From NCBI RefSeq assembly GCF_009914755.1, contig NC_060929.1: 64,000 bases of DNA, one strand, 5' to 3'. The position numbers and the translations under genes were made by a program. This document shows positions 14,904 through 29,022 of this stretch, in pieces; the stretch's first letter is position 1; each line of letters begins with the position of its first letter. The notes under the pieces were generated by a model. The model had not been told where the DNA came from. It saw only the letters and a program-made list of their open reading frames with translations, and did no database searches. Source of the DNA: the human T2T-CHM13v2.0 reference genome, Homo sapiens.

Positions 14904-15574
14904 ACCTTTTTTTTTTTTTAATTAAATTAAGGGCTTTTCATATTTTCATTTTCAAATAAAAGCAAACCCAAACATAAATAATTTGAAATAAATTACTGTT
15001 CCTTTGAAAACTTCTAATTACAACATTTTGAATTCTTTTAAGAGAAAATGACTTAGAATTGTATGGGTCCCATTCCCTATCCTTTAGGGCATTGATTCAA
15101 TGAACTTGCTGACAAAGAAACTACAGACTATGGTATTATGGCATTCTCCCCTAACTCCTTACATTGAAAAGTATTCACATGAAAGAAGGACTTGGTTATT
15201 TCTATTCTCTCTAGGGTTCCTAAGGACAGAATCAGGATTGGTGAGTCAAAGTGACTAGGCGGCAGATTTGGGCTCAACAATATGGAAAAACTTTCTATCA
15301 GGTAGACCAGGTCCAAAATGGAATAAATCTGTGATATCAGAAAGCTGAAACATGGACAGTTTTATTTGTGGGTATATAATAAATTAACTTTATTGCTTCT
15401 TTTGACTTGAATCATGAACCTCTGTTTCTGCCTGAGGGAGCATTGCAAAACTTCTCGACCCTATTTCAACAGATGACCAAGAATTTAATTCTCTTCATAT
15501 TTATTGAGCACTATCATATGCAAAGCATTGACATAATCTTCTTGTCCCCCCTTCATAGAATGCAAATTTTTTGA

Positions 15575-16628
15575 AATTTTTATTTTTAATTATGGTAATA
15601 TACATATAACATAAAATTTACCATCTTAACCATTATATTAGTCCATTCTTATGTTGCTATAAAGAAATATTTGAGGGTAAGTAATGTCTAAGGAAAAGAG
15701 GTTTAATTTGCTTACAGTTCTGTAGGCTGTAAGCATGATATCAACATCTGCTTGGCTTCGGGTGAAGGCCTCAGGAAGCTTACAATTATGGTGGAAGGTG
15801 ATGGGGAGCCAGCATGTTTTAAACAACCAGATCTCGTGAGAACTCACTCATTGTCAGGAAGACAGCAACAAACCATTCAGGAAGGATCTGCCCCCATGAC
15901 CCAAACACCTCCCACCAGGGCCAACCTTCAAAACTGGGGATGACATTTCAACATGAGAGTTGGAGGAGACAAACATCCAAACTATATCAACGGTTTTTAA
16001 GTTAAGTCATGTTAGGTATATTCACATTGTTGTGCAACCAAACTCCGAAACTTTTTCCTCTGGCAAAACTGAAACTCTGTACCTATTAAATAACGCCTCA
16101 TTTCCCTGTGCCCTCAGCCTCTGACAGCCACCATTCTACTTTCTGTTTCTATTAATTCAGTTACTCTAGACACTTCATGTAAGTGGAATCATGCAGTCTT
16201 TTCTGTGACTGGCTTATTTTACTTAGCGTAATCTTCTCAAAGTTTATGCAGGTCATACTATGTATCAGTTTCCTTTTTAAGGCTGGATAACATTCCGTTT
16301 TATGTATATACCAAATTTTCTTTATTCCTTCATCCGCTGATGGACATTTAGGTTGCTTCCACCTCTTGGCTGTTGTGGATAATGCTGCTATCAACGTGTG
16401 TGTGCAAAAATCTTCAATTCTTTTGAATATATACCTAGACTTGGGATTGCTGGGCCATGTGGCCATTCTGCTTTAAATATTTTGAGGAAGTGCTATACTG
16501 TTTTTCATAGCAACTGCATCGTTTTGCATTCCCACCATCAATGCATAAGGGTTCCAATTTCTCTACATCCTTACCACCACTTGTTATTTCTGCTTTTTAA
16601 AATAGTGACCATTTTAAGAGGTGTGAGA
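15575..16628 (-). mobile_element. L1MB-like 3' fragment
   Basis: Antisense L1 3'UTR and ORF2 C-terminus (ORF 16161-16466: IAALSTTAKRWKQPKCPS), interrupted by an MST LTR. Confidence 0.85.
15634..15989 (-). mobile_element. MSTA/MSTB MaLR solo LTR
   Basis: tatattagtccattc...gaaggcctcaggaagcttacaattatggtggaagg...aaacatccaaactatatca. Degenerate TSD accat/acggt. Confidence 0.88.
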
Positions 16629-18582
16629 AATATTGACATAATTCTGACTTCAGTGCCCTGTGCAAAAAACTATACATAACAGCTACTGAATAAAAGCTTA
16701 TGATTGAGATGGACTGAAACTTTTGGTTTTCATAATGTTTGCTTTATAAAGTTGATCTTGGATAGAGATTATTAATACAGTCTATGTTCTGTGCTTCAGG
16801 ATGAAATAAAGACACATCTTAGAAATAGCTCTTCTTACGGCTGTTACTATATTTCAGTTTTCAGCATGGATGTTGATTTTTATGTGTTATTCTCATAAAT
16901 ACCCATCACTGTCCTAGCTTAGGGTCATAAGCCATCATGGCTTTAGTAATCTGCTTCTCTCCTTGATTCTAGGAATTTTTTTTTAATAACACTTGGGAAA
17001 GATAGACATGCTAATTCCTCTGTAAGAAGACTATTTAGTATACCCTGGAATTAAGGGTTTTGAAGTTCTTTTTTGAAAGATTTATCGTCAAAAAAAAATC
17101 TAGTTTAGTATGTCTAGAATTGTGTTGTTTACTTTTTCTCTTTTTGCTTCCTCCCCTGCAATGCCTACAGGCTGATATGAGATCACTGGTGCTGAGAGCC
17201 AAGTTTACAGTGAATGTGGTCATGTTTAAACTTTTGCTATCTTTAATAAATGCTTGGTAACCTCAATATTAATGGTCTAACAATTAGCAATTCTAGACCT
17301 GTTGAAAAAGAGATGTTGTTGTCATATTTGAAAAAAAAGTGATTTGGGAATAAATAAGAAAAGAGCAGGAAGTTTTCATCTCCAAGTAATTATTCAGAAG
17401 AGTGTTTTCAGTAGTATTTTATTTGCAGTGAGTGAAATCAGCATTCTCAGAGACTAGTGTTTGCAACTAGAAAACATGTCTTTCTCTGAACATGTCAGCA
17501 TAATAAACAGCCAGGTGCTTTGTAGCTACTTCCCATTATATAGATAATGTTGATGTAGAGCAAGATTCAGTGAGTTCTATGTTTAAAATAAAGAGATTTC
17601 AGTTAATTTATTGCTTCTTTGAGAGCAATATAAGAAATGTGTAAGGTATAGTTGTCCTTTACCTATGAATCAAAACTAAGTGCCATGAGGAACAAGTAGA
17701 ACGTCTTTTAAACTTACAGAAGTAAATGTTTGTTGAATAACTACCCAAGCAAGCCTACACAAAGAGGAGTTGGGGATAATCTGGTAATACTATTCCTACT
17801 TAAATAATGCCCATCATGACCATTTCACAATAACGTTTTGTTGAGTACAAGAAAATTTCTACAGAAAAACTCTTCAGGTTCTCCTTTTTTTATTTAAAAG
17901 AAAAAAAGACAGTTGAGGGTGTGGAGGTATGAATAACTACCAGATCAAATACATGGGAATAACCTTTTTTATTTGGACATTTCCCCTCATACTTGCTTTT
18001 AGAGAAAGAAATTCTTTCCTGTTTTAGGCCTCCAAGAGATAAACAGAGAAAGAAAATGGCTGTTCATAAGAAATCCATAATATGAACAAGTCAAACATAA
18101 ATTCAGCTATCAGGAAGAAGATTGGCTTAAGGGGAGTGTTATTAGCATCACCATCCATCCTCATTAGTCCAAAAGCTTACAGATCATTCTTTTTGGATGC
18201 AGATTTTGTGGAGTTTTTAAGATGACTACAAACTCCAATATTAATTATATTTTAAAGCAGATAACTCATTTTCTTTTGAAAAAGCAAATAGATGTCTTTT
18301 CATGGGCCAATTTTATCACTAGCACCTAATATCAATATCAATACTTATGGACAATTGTTTTTTAAAATACTTTTTTTAAATGGTAATACACTTATATTTT
18401 AATTGAAGCTTTAGTAGACTATATTTCAAATGTGAATAGTTTCCCTAGTTAGGAGAAATATTATACTGTAATTTACTGTAAAACTGATGGAGTCAGTTTT
18501 ATTAAATTCCCTGAAAACAATTTTCTGTATTTATATTTTGAGAGTTGTTATTCCACTTCTGTATTTGTCTTTAAGAAACTTA

Positions 18583-18626
18583 GTGTATGTGTGTGTGTAT
18601 GTGTGTGTGTGTGTGTGTATGTGTGT
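18583..18626. repeat. Interrupted (TG)n microsatellite
   Basis: Seen directly in the sequence. Confidence 0.95.
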
Positions 18627-19986
18627 AGTTCCCAAATTTTAATCTAAACTTATAATAGTTTAGCCTTTCAACAAGTTTTTTTGTTTTTATTTTTTAGTGG
18701 TGACATTTTGGAATAAGAAATTTGTGACTTATTGCTCTCTTTGTAAACATAATTTCACAAATAATTTAGGGACTTGGATCATTCAGGGATACCATGTTTA
18801 TTGGAAGAAAAGATTATATTAAGTAGGTGGCAGTTTAAAGAGGTTGAAATTAAGTTAAAGGTAAGCATTTGGAAGAATATTTGGAAGCAGTAGAAATTGA
18901 CTAACTTAGTTGTCTACACACAGCCATTTCTATAATAAATTCCATTTTTTTATAACTCTGAAAATCAATTCTGCATTAAATTTTACTATTTCGGTAAATG
19001 ATCTTCATACAGTAACACTTTGTGATGGACCAGATGTTGCTAGCTTATGTAATTAACCCAGGTGAAAATATAAGTTATGCTGTTGAAAATCTTTAAATGT
19101 ATAAAAGCAATAAAGAATAGTAGTATTTTAGTAACAAAGAGAAACGTGTAGGTTTACTGCATCTTCTAGCCCATTCTCCCTGAAAAGGTACCATATTGGA
19201 GATGTTATAAGCTCATGCTTGATTTAAGGTTTGAATAAGTTAACAGCTGGGCAATATGTTGTTTTAAAGAATAAAGTCTAGGCAGCACCATTTATTATTA
19301 GTTTAAATTTCAGTATTCAATTTATTCATCACTGCCTAATAAAGACCCTACTTCCTTTTTCACCAGTTTTACTCACTGACTGATGTTCTATCACTGTCTA
19401 AAAGAAGACAAAGACAGATGTCTCTGTGCAGGCAGAAGATGCTCAGTCAGGATAGCTGTGTGATGTCTACCAGGTTTAACAAATTTAGCAATACAAAGCA
19501 TAAAAAAGTGGACTCCTGAAAAAGATCTGCTGTTAAGTAATTCAAGAATCACACCCTCAAAGATCCTGTTTGTAGTTTTTGGTAACCTGGAGGGCATATC
19601 GAGTAGGCACCTATTCAACATAATGTCTAATTTGTTGACACTGAAAAAAGAGTTCAAGATTATACTCAATATATTTGTATAAATAAGGTAGCCTTATTAA
19701 ACTACAAGAGGCCAGGAAAAAGCAACCTAAAAATGGAAAGCCATTTAGTCAGGTCATATATATCAGAATAGTGGAAGATCAGATCAGAAGTCAGGGACAG
19801 ATCCAAGTCTCCTGTTAAAAACTCATCGTTGGCCTCATGTTTTCTTCTGGATTTAATAAATGGTTATTAGAATTGTGATTGTGTTTTATATTATTTCAGT
19901 ATCAGTTGCACTTTAAGGGAATAGCAGGAACTTCAACAAAGTTTAAAATTTCTGTGTATTAAAAGACACTTTTAAAAATGAATAGG

Positions 19987-20720
<734 letters not shown>

Positions 20721-22074
20721 TTAAGTGAACAAAATACTTGACCAGACATTCATGAGAAGACAAATTGGGGCCAATAAACACAGAGAAAATATTCAAATCA
20801 TATTCAGGGCAATACAAATTAAACCACTATGAGATAACACTCACTAGATTGACATTTAAAAAAAAAATGAAAAAACCAGATGTTAGCAAGGATGTAGGGA
20901 ACCAGGACTGTCAAACACAAGTCACTGGTTGGAGTGAAAATGTGACAAGCAATTTGACAGTCTTTATAAAGTTAAACACATACATATTCTTTATGACCCA
21001 TCATGCCCAGATATTTATGATACCCAAGTTTTTATCGAAGATATGAAAACATTTGTTCACAAAAAGATCTGCACATGTGCATCATAGCAGTTCATAATAG
21101 CCAAACACTGGAAGCAACCCAAATTTACTTTAATAGGATAATAAGTAAACAATTATTGGAAATGTTTATGGAATGTATTGGAAATGTTTATGGAGTACTA
21201 GTTAGTAATAAAAAGATACAAACTACTGACACTACAGTAATTTCTGTGAATCTCAAAAATACTTTGTGTTGAGTGAAGAAGCCTGACATTAAAAAGAACA
21301 TAGTGCATGATTCTATTTATTTGAATTGTTAGAAGTAGCAACTAATCTATGATGATAGAAAGCAGAACAGTGGTTGTGGGAGGGGGTGGTGGCAGTGGCA
21401 GGGAGGAGGGATGTTAGAGATTATGTGGAAAGTGGTACAAAGGAACTTTATGAGATGACAAAAAAACATTCTAGGAGGTTGGGTTAGACAGGTGTATCCA
21501 TCTGTCAAATCTTGTTGAACTATATACACTCGAGATACAGCTGATTACACTATAAATTATATCTCAAAGGAAAAAAAGTTTTAAAAATGTTTCAAAGCAG
21601 CAAAACCTGATTAGAATTCCAAAATATTGGAGAAGAAGAAACACTTCTAAATTCAATCTGTAAGGCAAGTATTACCCTGATACCAAAGCTAGGCAAACAC
21701 AGTATAAGAATTGATAGTAGAATGGCAAGTATGACTATAGTGATAAAAGTAGATATATCAGGAATGGTAGAGTGTTTTCAGCATATTACTAAAAACTAAA
21801 GAGATCATTTATATCAAGGTTTGTCTAAGGAAGGTACTGTGTGTGCAGCAGCATTCTAGAAGCAGAATCAGATGATTTCTTAAGATCCTCTCCTATTCTT
21901 TCCTATTAGGATTCTATTATTATGAGTGCTTATTATGTCTCAGGGGCTGTACTGAATCCTGTATGTTCATTTTTTTCATTCTTAGACCATTTCCAGAGAA
22001 CATGAAAGTTTAAAATGTGATTGCTCTTTTGAAATAGTAGTATCAACATTTTATTGTTGACAAAGTTAAAATAT

Positions 22075-22290
22075 AACAATAGTAACAAGTGTTTATTTGG
22101 CCCATCCTTGTATACACTCTAATATGTTAACTCTAAACCTTCACAACAACCCTACAAGGTAGTTACTATGGTTAGGCCCATTTTTAAATTGAGGAGTCAC
22201 AGTCACAAGCTAAAAAGTGCCAGAGCCAAAATTCCAGCCCTGGAGTTTCACTTCAGATAACCATGCATTTAACTGCTATGCCATTCTTAC
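22075..22290. mobile_element. MIR
   Basis: 'cttcacaacaaccctacaaggtag...cccatttttaaattgagga' MIR core. Confidence 0.65.
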
Positions 22291-23004
22291 CCACCATTAC
22301 ATTCTTAACCTTAACAAGTCCTTACAATTTAATAATGTTATTTATTTGCTGATATTTAAATGAATTAAAATTAATGGAAGAATTACAATATTTAATATGA
22401 TACTAGATTTTTAAATATATTGAAAACCTCAATATGAATAAAATGCAAAAATTATTAGCATTTATAGTAAACAAAACACAAAACATCTCTATCTGTCTAA
22501 ACAAAGCTTTTGTCTACCCCGACTGTTGGGGCTAAGTGCCTGTGTTACCCTATGAACTGCCCTTGGTTTGATTTCTAATCATACCACCATTGTGTGATAG
22601 ATATCAGGATAAAGCTGAAATGCCAGGTCAGACTCCAGATTTTCTGGTTAGATTTTCAGTTTTACTTTTGGCTGTTTTGACCATGTTTTATGATGGGTAC
22701 CTAGTCAACATAAGTAACTCATTAGGATCAGCTCTACTTTTTAATGCTGTTGATATAACATCAGTCTTTCTGGCTTAAAATTTCTTATAAAATTTTTGAA
22801 TGAGTATTTTGCATATATAACTGTGTTTTAAAGTTATACTGTAAACACTTGTATTTCTTCATAACTTTAAGTACTTTGGTCCAACTCTTTATCTGCAGAG
22901 TTTGAAATATTAATGAATTTCATCAAAATATATAATTAGTTGATAAACTGTGAGTGCTCTTGGTATGTTATCATCATACAAATAACTATACATTATAGTA
23001 TAAT

Positions 23005-23640
23005 CCCGTTTCAGTTATCTATTGCTGTGTAAAAATGACCTCAAACTCAGTAACTAAAACAAGCAGCTCATAATTTTTTTAGGTCAGAGATTTGGATAAG
23101 GTACAAATTGGATGGTTCATAATGTTCTGCAATATCTGGGACCTTAGTTGGGGCTCCTCAAATGGTTAGGAGCTGCCTAGAATACTCCGTGGATGTTTCA
23201 ACCCGTAGGGTCATATGTCTCAAGCCTTGACTCTGCCTGTTGGACCAAATGCTTAGTTCTCCATGTGTGGCTTTTCCATGTGCTACCTTTGGTTTTTTCA
23301 CAACATGGTGGTCTCGGTTTCTAAGAAGACATATTCCTAAAGTATCAACTCTAATGTCCTAGCAGTTATCAAGCCTCTTCTTATTTTTTTTTTTCACTCA
23401 CCACCATACTAATAAGGATCAAGCCTCTTCTTGCATCAGAATTTTTTTGTGTGGCCAAATCAGATATATATATATATAAAACCAATCTTCTCTATTATAG
23501 AGTTATGTTTTTTCTTAGCAGGTATCTCATGGTCAGGCCTAGAGTCAATGTGGGAAGAGACTATACAAGGGTATGAATCACTTGTACACTTATACTTATG
23601 TGTAAGTGATGGTTCACTGGAAACCACCAATGTACCAAAA
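23005..23640. mobile_element. Old MLT1-type MaLR LTR
   Basis: 'tcagttatctattgctgtgtaaaaatgacctcaaactcagtaactaaaacaa' and 'cacaacatggtggtctcgg' are MLT1-like motifs. Confidence 0.65.
23383..23418 (-). pseudogene. Retroposed 5' fragment (~24 nt) of tRNA-Asp(GTC) with oligo(A) tail and 14-15 bp TSD
   Basis: Minus strand reads TCCTTATTAGTATGGTGGTGAGTG-A11, versus tRNA-Asp 5' end TCCTCGTTAGTATAGTGGTGAGTA (20/24, recalled; two mismatches at the CpG). Flanked by direct repeats (a)tcaagcctcttctt at 23368-23382 and 23418-23432. Confidence 0.75.
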
Positions 23641-24849
23641 CAGTTGACTAAACATGCTTAGCACACTTCTGTGTTCATATCAGGTACTCTGTACTTAGTG
23701 ATTGATTTAAAAATCAAGGACATTTTTATATATGCTTTTTCTATTTATGTGAATTGTTACATTTTGCCACATTAACCTTTAATATATGAATAAAGTTAAA
23801 ACAATGAAGAGACTTGAGTAAGTACTGTTTCTAATGGATATCCTAGAACTGAGGTCCTTCTATGTGCTTCCATTAACAGCAACATAATACCAGGTCTCAA
23901 CTGCCATTGTGCTGCCTTACATTATACTTCCATGTAATAGTTGCATTGCTATAGGAATATAGGTTACTAAACTATCATTCTCATTACTTTCCAAAGAAAT
24001 GTTCAATATCATGCTATTTAAAGACTAAATATGATAACGATTTTAATACAATGTCATTCTTCTAATGTTACATAGATACATGTATTTATCCTGTGCATCT
24101 TGGTATGAGGATTTAAAAATCCATTTTAGGGGAAAGTTTTGTGTGCAGAGCACAGAGCGCTAGATATCAAGTAGGTTTATGTAAATAGTATATTGCTTCA
24201 TGTTGTTGGTGCCATATAACAGAATCCTTTCTGCTAATTTAAGTCACAAATGAATATATCAAAATGATATCAGCAAACCCACGGAATGTACGGGAAGGCC
24301 AAAGAGCCAGGCTGAGTCAGGATGCAAGGCACTGCCTACCTGACAATGTAACTACTAGGAATCTGCCTCTGCAGTTGCTGACACAGCCACACTGCATATT
24401 TATGGACTCCATGCTACTATGGCCAGCGCAAATAATCTTTTATCTTATTAAAAATAATTTAGGCATATCAGGAAGTAAATATAATATACCCTTCCTCAAA
24501 AACAAACAAAACCCTAGAAGAAAACACTCATATACTTATCACTTGGATTAAACAATGATTGATAGTTTGCTGTATTTGCATTAAAATACTTCAACACAGA
24601 AATAAATTACAGAAGTCATGTTTTACCACTAAAAATATGAATATGAATACCTTAAAATGGAAAAACTTATATAACCATACTAAAATTCATATATGTAATG
24701 AATTAATAATTCCCTAATAATCATCTAATACCCAGCCCATATTCAAATTTTCCCAGGTGTTTGCAAAATGTTTTTTATAGCTTGTCTGTATATGTCCAGA
24801 TCCAGTCAAGGTTTACATGTTGAATTTTTTTTAGTCTCTTGAGTTTTGC

Positions 24850-25210
24850 TTTAGACCATTCAAGCTACTTTAACAAAATACCATCAACTGGGTGGCTTAT
24901 AAACAAGAAAAGAGAAATTTCTTTCTCTCAGTTCTTGAGGCTGAGAAGTCCAAGATCAAGGCATTAGCAGATTTGGTGTCTCGTGAGGGCCTATTTCCTG
25001 GTTCATAGATGGCCATCTTCTCATTGTGTCCTCATGTGGTGGACAGGATAAGAAACCTTTCTGGGATTTTTTATAAGAGCATTAAACCCATTTGTGAGGG
25101 CTTCACCCTCAGGACCTACTCACCTTCCAAAGTCCCCACCTCCAAATACCATCACACTGGGAATTAAGTTTCAACATATGAATATGGGAAGGACAAAAAT
25201 ATTCAGTATC
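24850..25210 (-). mobile_element. MLT1A-like MaLR LTR
   Basis: 'aacaaaataccatcaactgggtggcttataaacaa...gaggctgagaagtccaagatcaaggc...tttcaacatatgaat'. Confidence 0.85.
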
Positions 25211-25511
25211 TCCTACCCTTTTAATTTTTCTCATACCTTTGACTTGATAAAGTTGGGCTAGTTGTCCTGTATAGAATGACTCACGTTCTGGACTTGTTAG
25301 ATTTTTTTCTATGTAGCATCATGTAACTTGTTCCTCTATCATCTGTATTTTCTGCTACCTATAAGTTAGATTTAAAAGCTTGGTTCAGATTAAACATTCT
25401 TGGGATGGGTGATACTGTGATGGGCGACACTGCTTACAGTGTTAAATTAAGGGTTTGTATGATGTCTACTTACCTCTCTTTTACTCAAGACTAATAAAAT
25501 ACATTCAGGTA

Positions 25512-25918
25512 TTTTGTTTCTTTTCTCTCCTCCTCTGTTCTCCCCTACTCTGCCCTCCCCACCTTTCCTCTCCCCTACACCCTCCCTTTCCCTGTGCTCT
25601 TCCCATCCCCTCTCCTCCTCTCCCCTCCTCTTGTTCTTCTTTACAACAGGATATCACTCTGTTTCCCAAGCCGGAATGCAGTGGTGTGATCATAGCTCAC
25701 TGGATTCTTGAACTCCTGGGCTCAAGTGATCCTTCCACGTCAGCCTCCCGAGTAGCTATGACTATGGGAACGCACCATCATGCCTTGCTACTTTTTAAAT
25801 TTTTTGCCACTCCTCACTATGTTGCCCAGGCTGGTCTCAAACTCCTGGCTTCAAGTGATCCTCCCACTTTGGCCTCCAAGAGTGCTGGGGTTACAGGCAT
25901 GAGACACTGCATTCAGCC
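25512..25918 (-). mobile_element. AluJ whose tail has become a ~130-bp (CT)-rich low-complexity tract
   Basis: J-type body at 25645-25918 (ctcctgggctcaagtgatcc) and a pyrimidine tract at 25512-25642. Confidence 0.9.
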
Positions 25919-26874
25919 CTTCTCTAATTTAGAGTTATGCTTTTCTTAGCAGATATTCTATGAAGTAATACTTTGATATCACATGAATATATAGTTTCCC
26001 ATCAATCCTTTATGTAAAAATTTTGCCATCCATTGGTGATTCTTGTCCTGAATCAGTTACTTCAGTAGGAGTTGCAAAATAATTATTTTCTGTCGTTCCA
26101 TTTATATTTATTATCTTGCATTCATCTATAAAGAAAAGCTTTCACTCATCAACTGAGGCTTTGATTATTTTGAGATATGCTTCCTGTAGAAAAGCCTGCA
26201 TAATTCTTATTTTTTTATTACCAATTTTTTATAATAACAATTGCGATAGTCACCTCTAAGGGTGGCAAATGAGGTTTTCTTATTTGTATATCTGGCTTTA
26301 TCTTTTATGAGTATTATTTATGCCTCGTGGATTTTTATATTTTCAATATGATTACATAAATGATAGCCATTATTCTTTTTGAAAGTCAAATCATCTCAAC
26401 TTCGGCCTCTTTTACTTTTCCAATATTTCAAGATTTAGAGTCCTGGGCAAGAGCACCTCCTTGGCTCTGCCAAGGTCATCTATGCATGCCCTGGCTGGCA
26501 AGTGAATAAGATAAGATCTTTCCAGGTCATGGGTTTCTGAAGTGGGTGGCAGTTTTGCCTTCAAACTACCTTGGGATTCTTTTAAAATACAGAGGCTATT
26601 TGGGTGCTGCTTGGCCCAAACAACAAATGCTCCCACTACAGTATTAGAGCCTCTGAATTTATATTTTCTAATATCTTCCTTTAGAGCCTGAAAAGTTAAT
26701 TTCCCAGATGTCACCTACCCATATGTTAATATGTTTTATGGCATAATTAGTGTTATTTGTTATAAATTTCTGAATTAGGATAAGTAGTATTTTTACTTAA
26801 GTTGTTTTTAGTAGGTCTCAGGTATTGTGGATTAATCCTAATCCTTGGTTCACAATGCATTTCGTCACTAAGAA

Positions 26875-27145
26875 ATACATTTTTAGAAAAATTTTAAGTG
26901 ACAAATAATAATTGTGTATACTTATGGGGTACAATGTGAGGTTTTAATATATGTATATATTGTGGTATGATTAAATCAAGCTAATTAACATATCCATCAC
27001 CTCATATCCTTGTTTTATGGTGAGAACATTTGAAATTTACTCTCAGCAATTTTGACATATACAATGCATTATTATTAACCATGGTCATCATGTTGTGCAG
27101 TAGATCTCAAAAATGTATGCCTCCTATATAATTGAAATGTTGATC
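26875..27145 (-). mobile_element. L1MA 3'-end fragment
   Basis: 'tgacaaataataattgtgtatacttatggggtacaatgtga...atcaagctaattaacatatccatcacctca'. Confidence 0.8.
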
Positions 27146-28595
27146 AAAGAGAAAAATGTTTAAGATTATTTTTGAAATAGTTATTCCACAAATATTTATT
27201 ATGCATCAACTGTGTATCTGGTACAAAATACAGTGCAACATGCTAAGGGCATTAAAAAAAAAAAACTTGGGGTAACAGCAAACATAGAAAAGTATTACTT
27301 TGTTTGGCTGAATAGACTACATTAACATTTACAGTGAGACAGGATGTGGCCCTTGGTTGTTAAATATTCAGGGAATAAATAACCTCAGAAAGACTGTGAT
27401 TTCATCAAACTCACACAAATAACTAGTGGAGTGAGCCCAAATGGCCCACTTCTCAGTCTTTTTCTAAGAATTGTGTGTTCAGTTTTGGAAGAATTATTTT
27501 GAAGTTCCATAGTAGAAGTTAGTTAGTATTCACCTATAAGTGTTCTGTGGTATAAATATATAAAGGGAAAGAAAGGATATTCATGATATAGCATAGGATT
27601 TGACATAATTTTGCCTAATTTATATAGATTGGTATGACATAAAGTAGGACTTTGGGAATGGATGTGATTGGAAACGGTGATGTCAAATAGGGGAATTTAA
27701 ATGATTGAATCATTGGTTAATTTTGTTATTGGGATAAACTTGAGAGTAAATTTGCCTTATTTTTAGAGGGAAGATGGTTTAATTTTTGGTTTAAGGGCTA
27801 AATCTCTCGATTTTTTACTTTATAATGTTAAAGTTTTATTCATAAAGCTACGCATTACTGGTAATTATTCTGGGCTCTAACAGCCAACAAATGAGCAAAG
27901 AAGAGTCACGTTGGGCATATTTTTCAGGATGTGATGAATCTGTCTAGTCATATATATAAACATTATCTTCTTGAAATATTAATGTTAAAATAACAGTACA
28001 TCTTGAATCATCTTTTAATGGCTCTGCTTATTTTGAAGTCTTCCAGCCACATCTGTCATATGGTGTGCCTTACAAGAAAATGAATCTGGTTTTAAAATGT
28101 TTAGAACTCAGAATAAGTCATTTTAACCAAAGCATATTAGAAAGCCTTAGTTAAAATAATTACAAATGTACATAACAGAGATTTTACAAGTCACTGGAAC
28201 TTGAGAACCCGTCTGTCAAGGAGATTTTTTAATTAGAGGCTTGGTTTTCATATCTATAAAGCAGATGATAAGCCCATGACCTGCCCACTCTCTGAGACTC
28301 CAGTTAGATTATATGTGTACACATACTTTGCTGATATGATTTGAACGTATGATTCAGAAACCAAAGCTGGTGATTTTTCTCCCCAAATCATCACATTAAC
28401 TTGTAGGACTCCCAGAAGTACAGTTCCCAATTGGTAATTGACAAGAGAGATCACTGGTTGATTCTTTTCTAAATATGGCATATAGTACCTAGCAGGAAAA
28501 AAATACCAGGAAAGTACTAGGCTATAAGAATAACTGTATTGATGACTTATGTTTTACCTAAGGCTTAAGATGTGACAAAGCAGTACACTGTACTT

Positions 28596-29022
28596 CTCTA
28601 GTTTTTTAGGGTAGAAGGTTATGTTATTGATTTAAAATCCTTCTTCTTTTTTAACATAGGCATTTACTTACAGGTATAAATTTCCCTCTAAGTATGTTTT
28701 AGCTGCATCCTGTAAGTTTTAGTATGTTGGGCTGTCATTTCATTCAACTCAGAGTACCTTGATTTCCCCGTGAGTTCTTCTTTGATCCATTGGTTGTTTA
28801 GGAATATGTTGTTAATTTCCACGTATTTGTGAATTTCCCAAATTTCTCTCTATTATTGACTTCTAATTTCATTCCATGTGGTTGGAGAACATCATATGAT
28901 TTCAATGCTTTAAATATATTGAGGCCCATTTTATGTGTTAGAATATTGTCAATCTTGAGACCGTTTCATATGCATTTGAGAAGAATGTATATTCTGTTCT
29001 CATCAGATAAAGTGTTCTATAG
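28596..29022 (-). mobile_element. L1M ORF2 (endonuclease region) fragment
   Basis: 'tataaatttccctctaag...ttaatttccacgtatttgtgaatttcccaaatt...gagaagaatgtatattctg'. Confidence 0.75.

Larger units (their letters stand above)
24555..26400 (-). mobile_element. Old L1M (MC/ME-like) 3' region hosting MLT1 and AluJ
   Basis: Motifs such as 'ataatcatctaatacccagcccatattcaaattttccc' and 'ccatccattggtgattcttgtcctgaatcagttact' are typical of antisense old L1 3'UTRs. Confidence 0.6.

Noticed and set aside
25455-25949. Longest ORF (164 aa, Pro/Ser-rich)
   Set aside because: It is made of a CT-rich low-complexity tract plus antisense AluJ.
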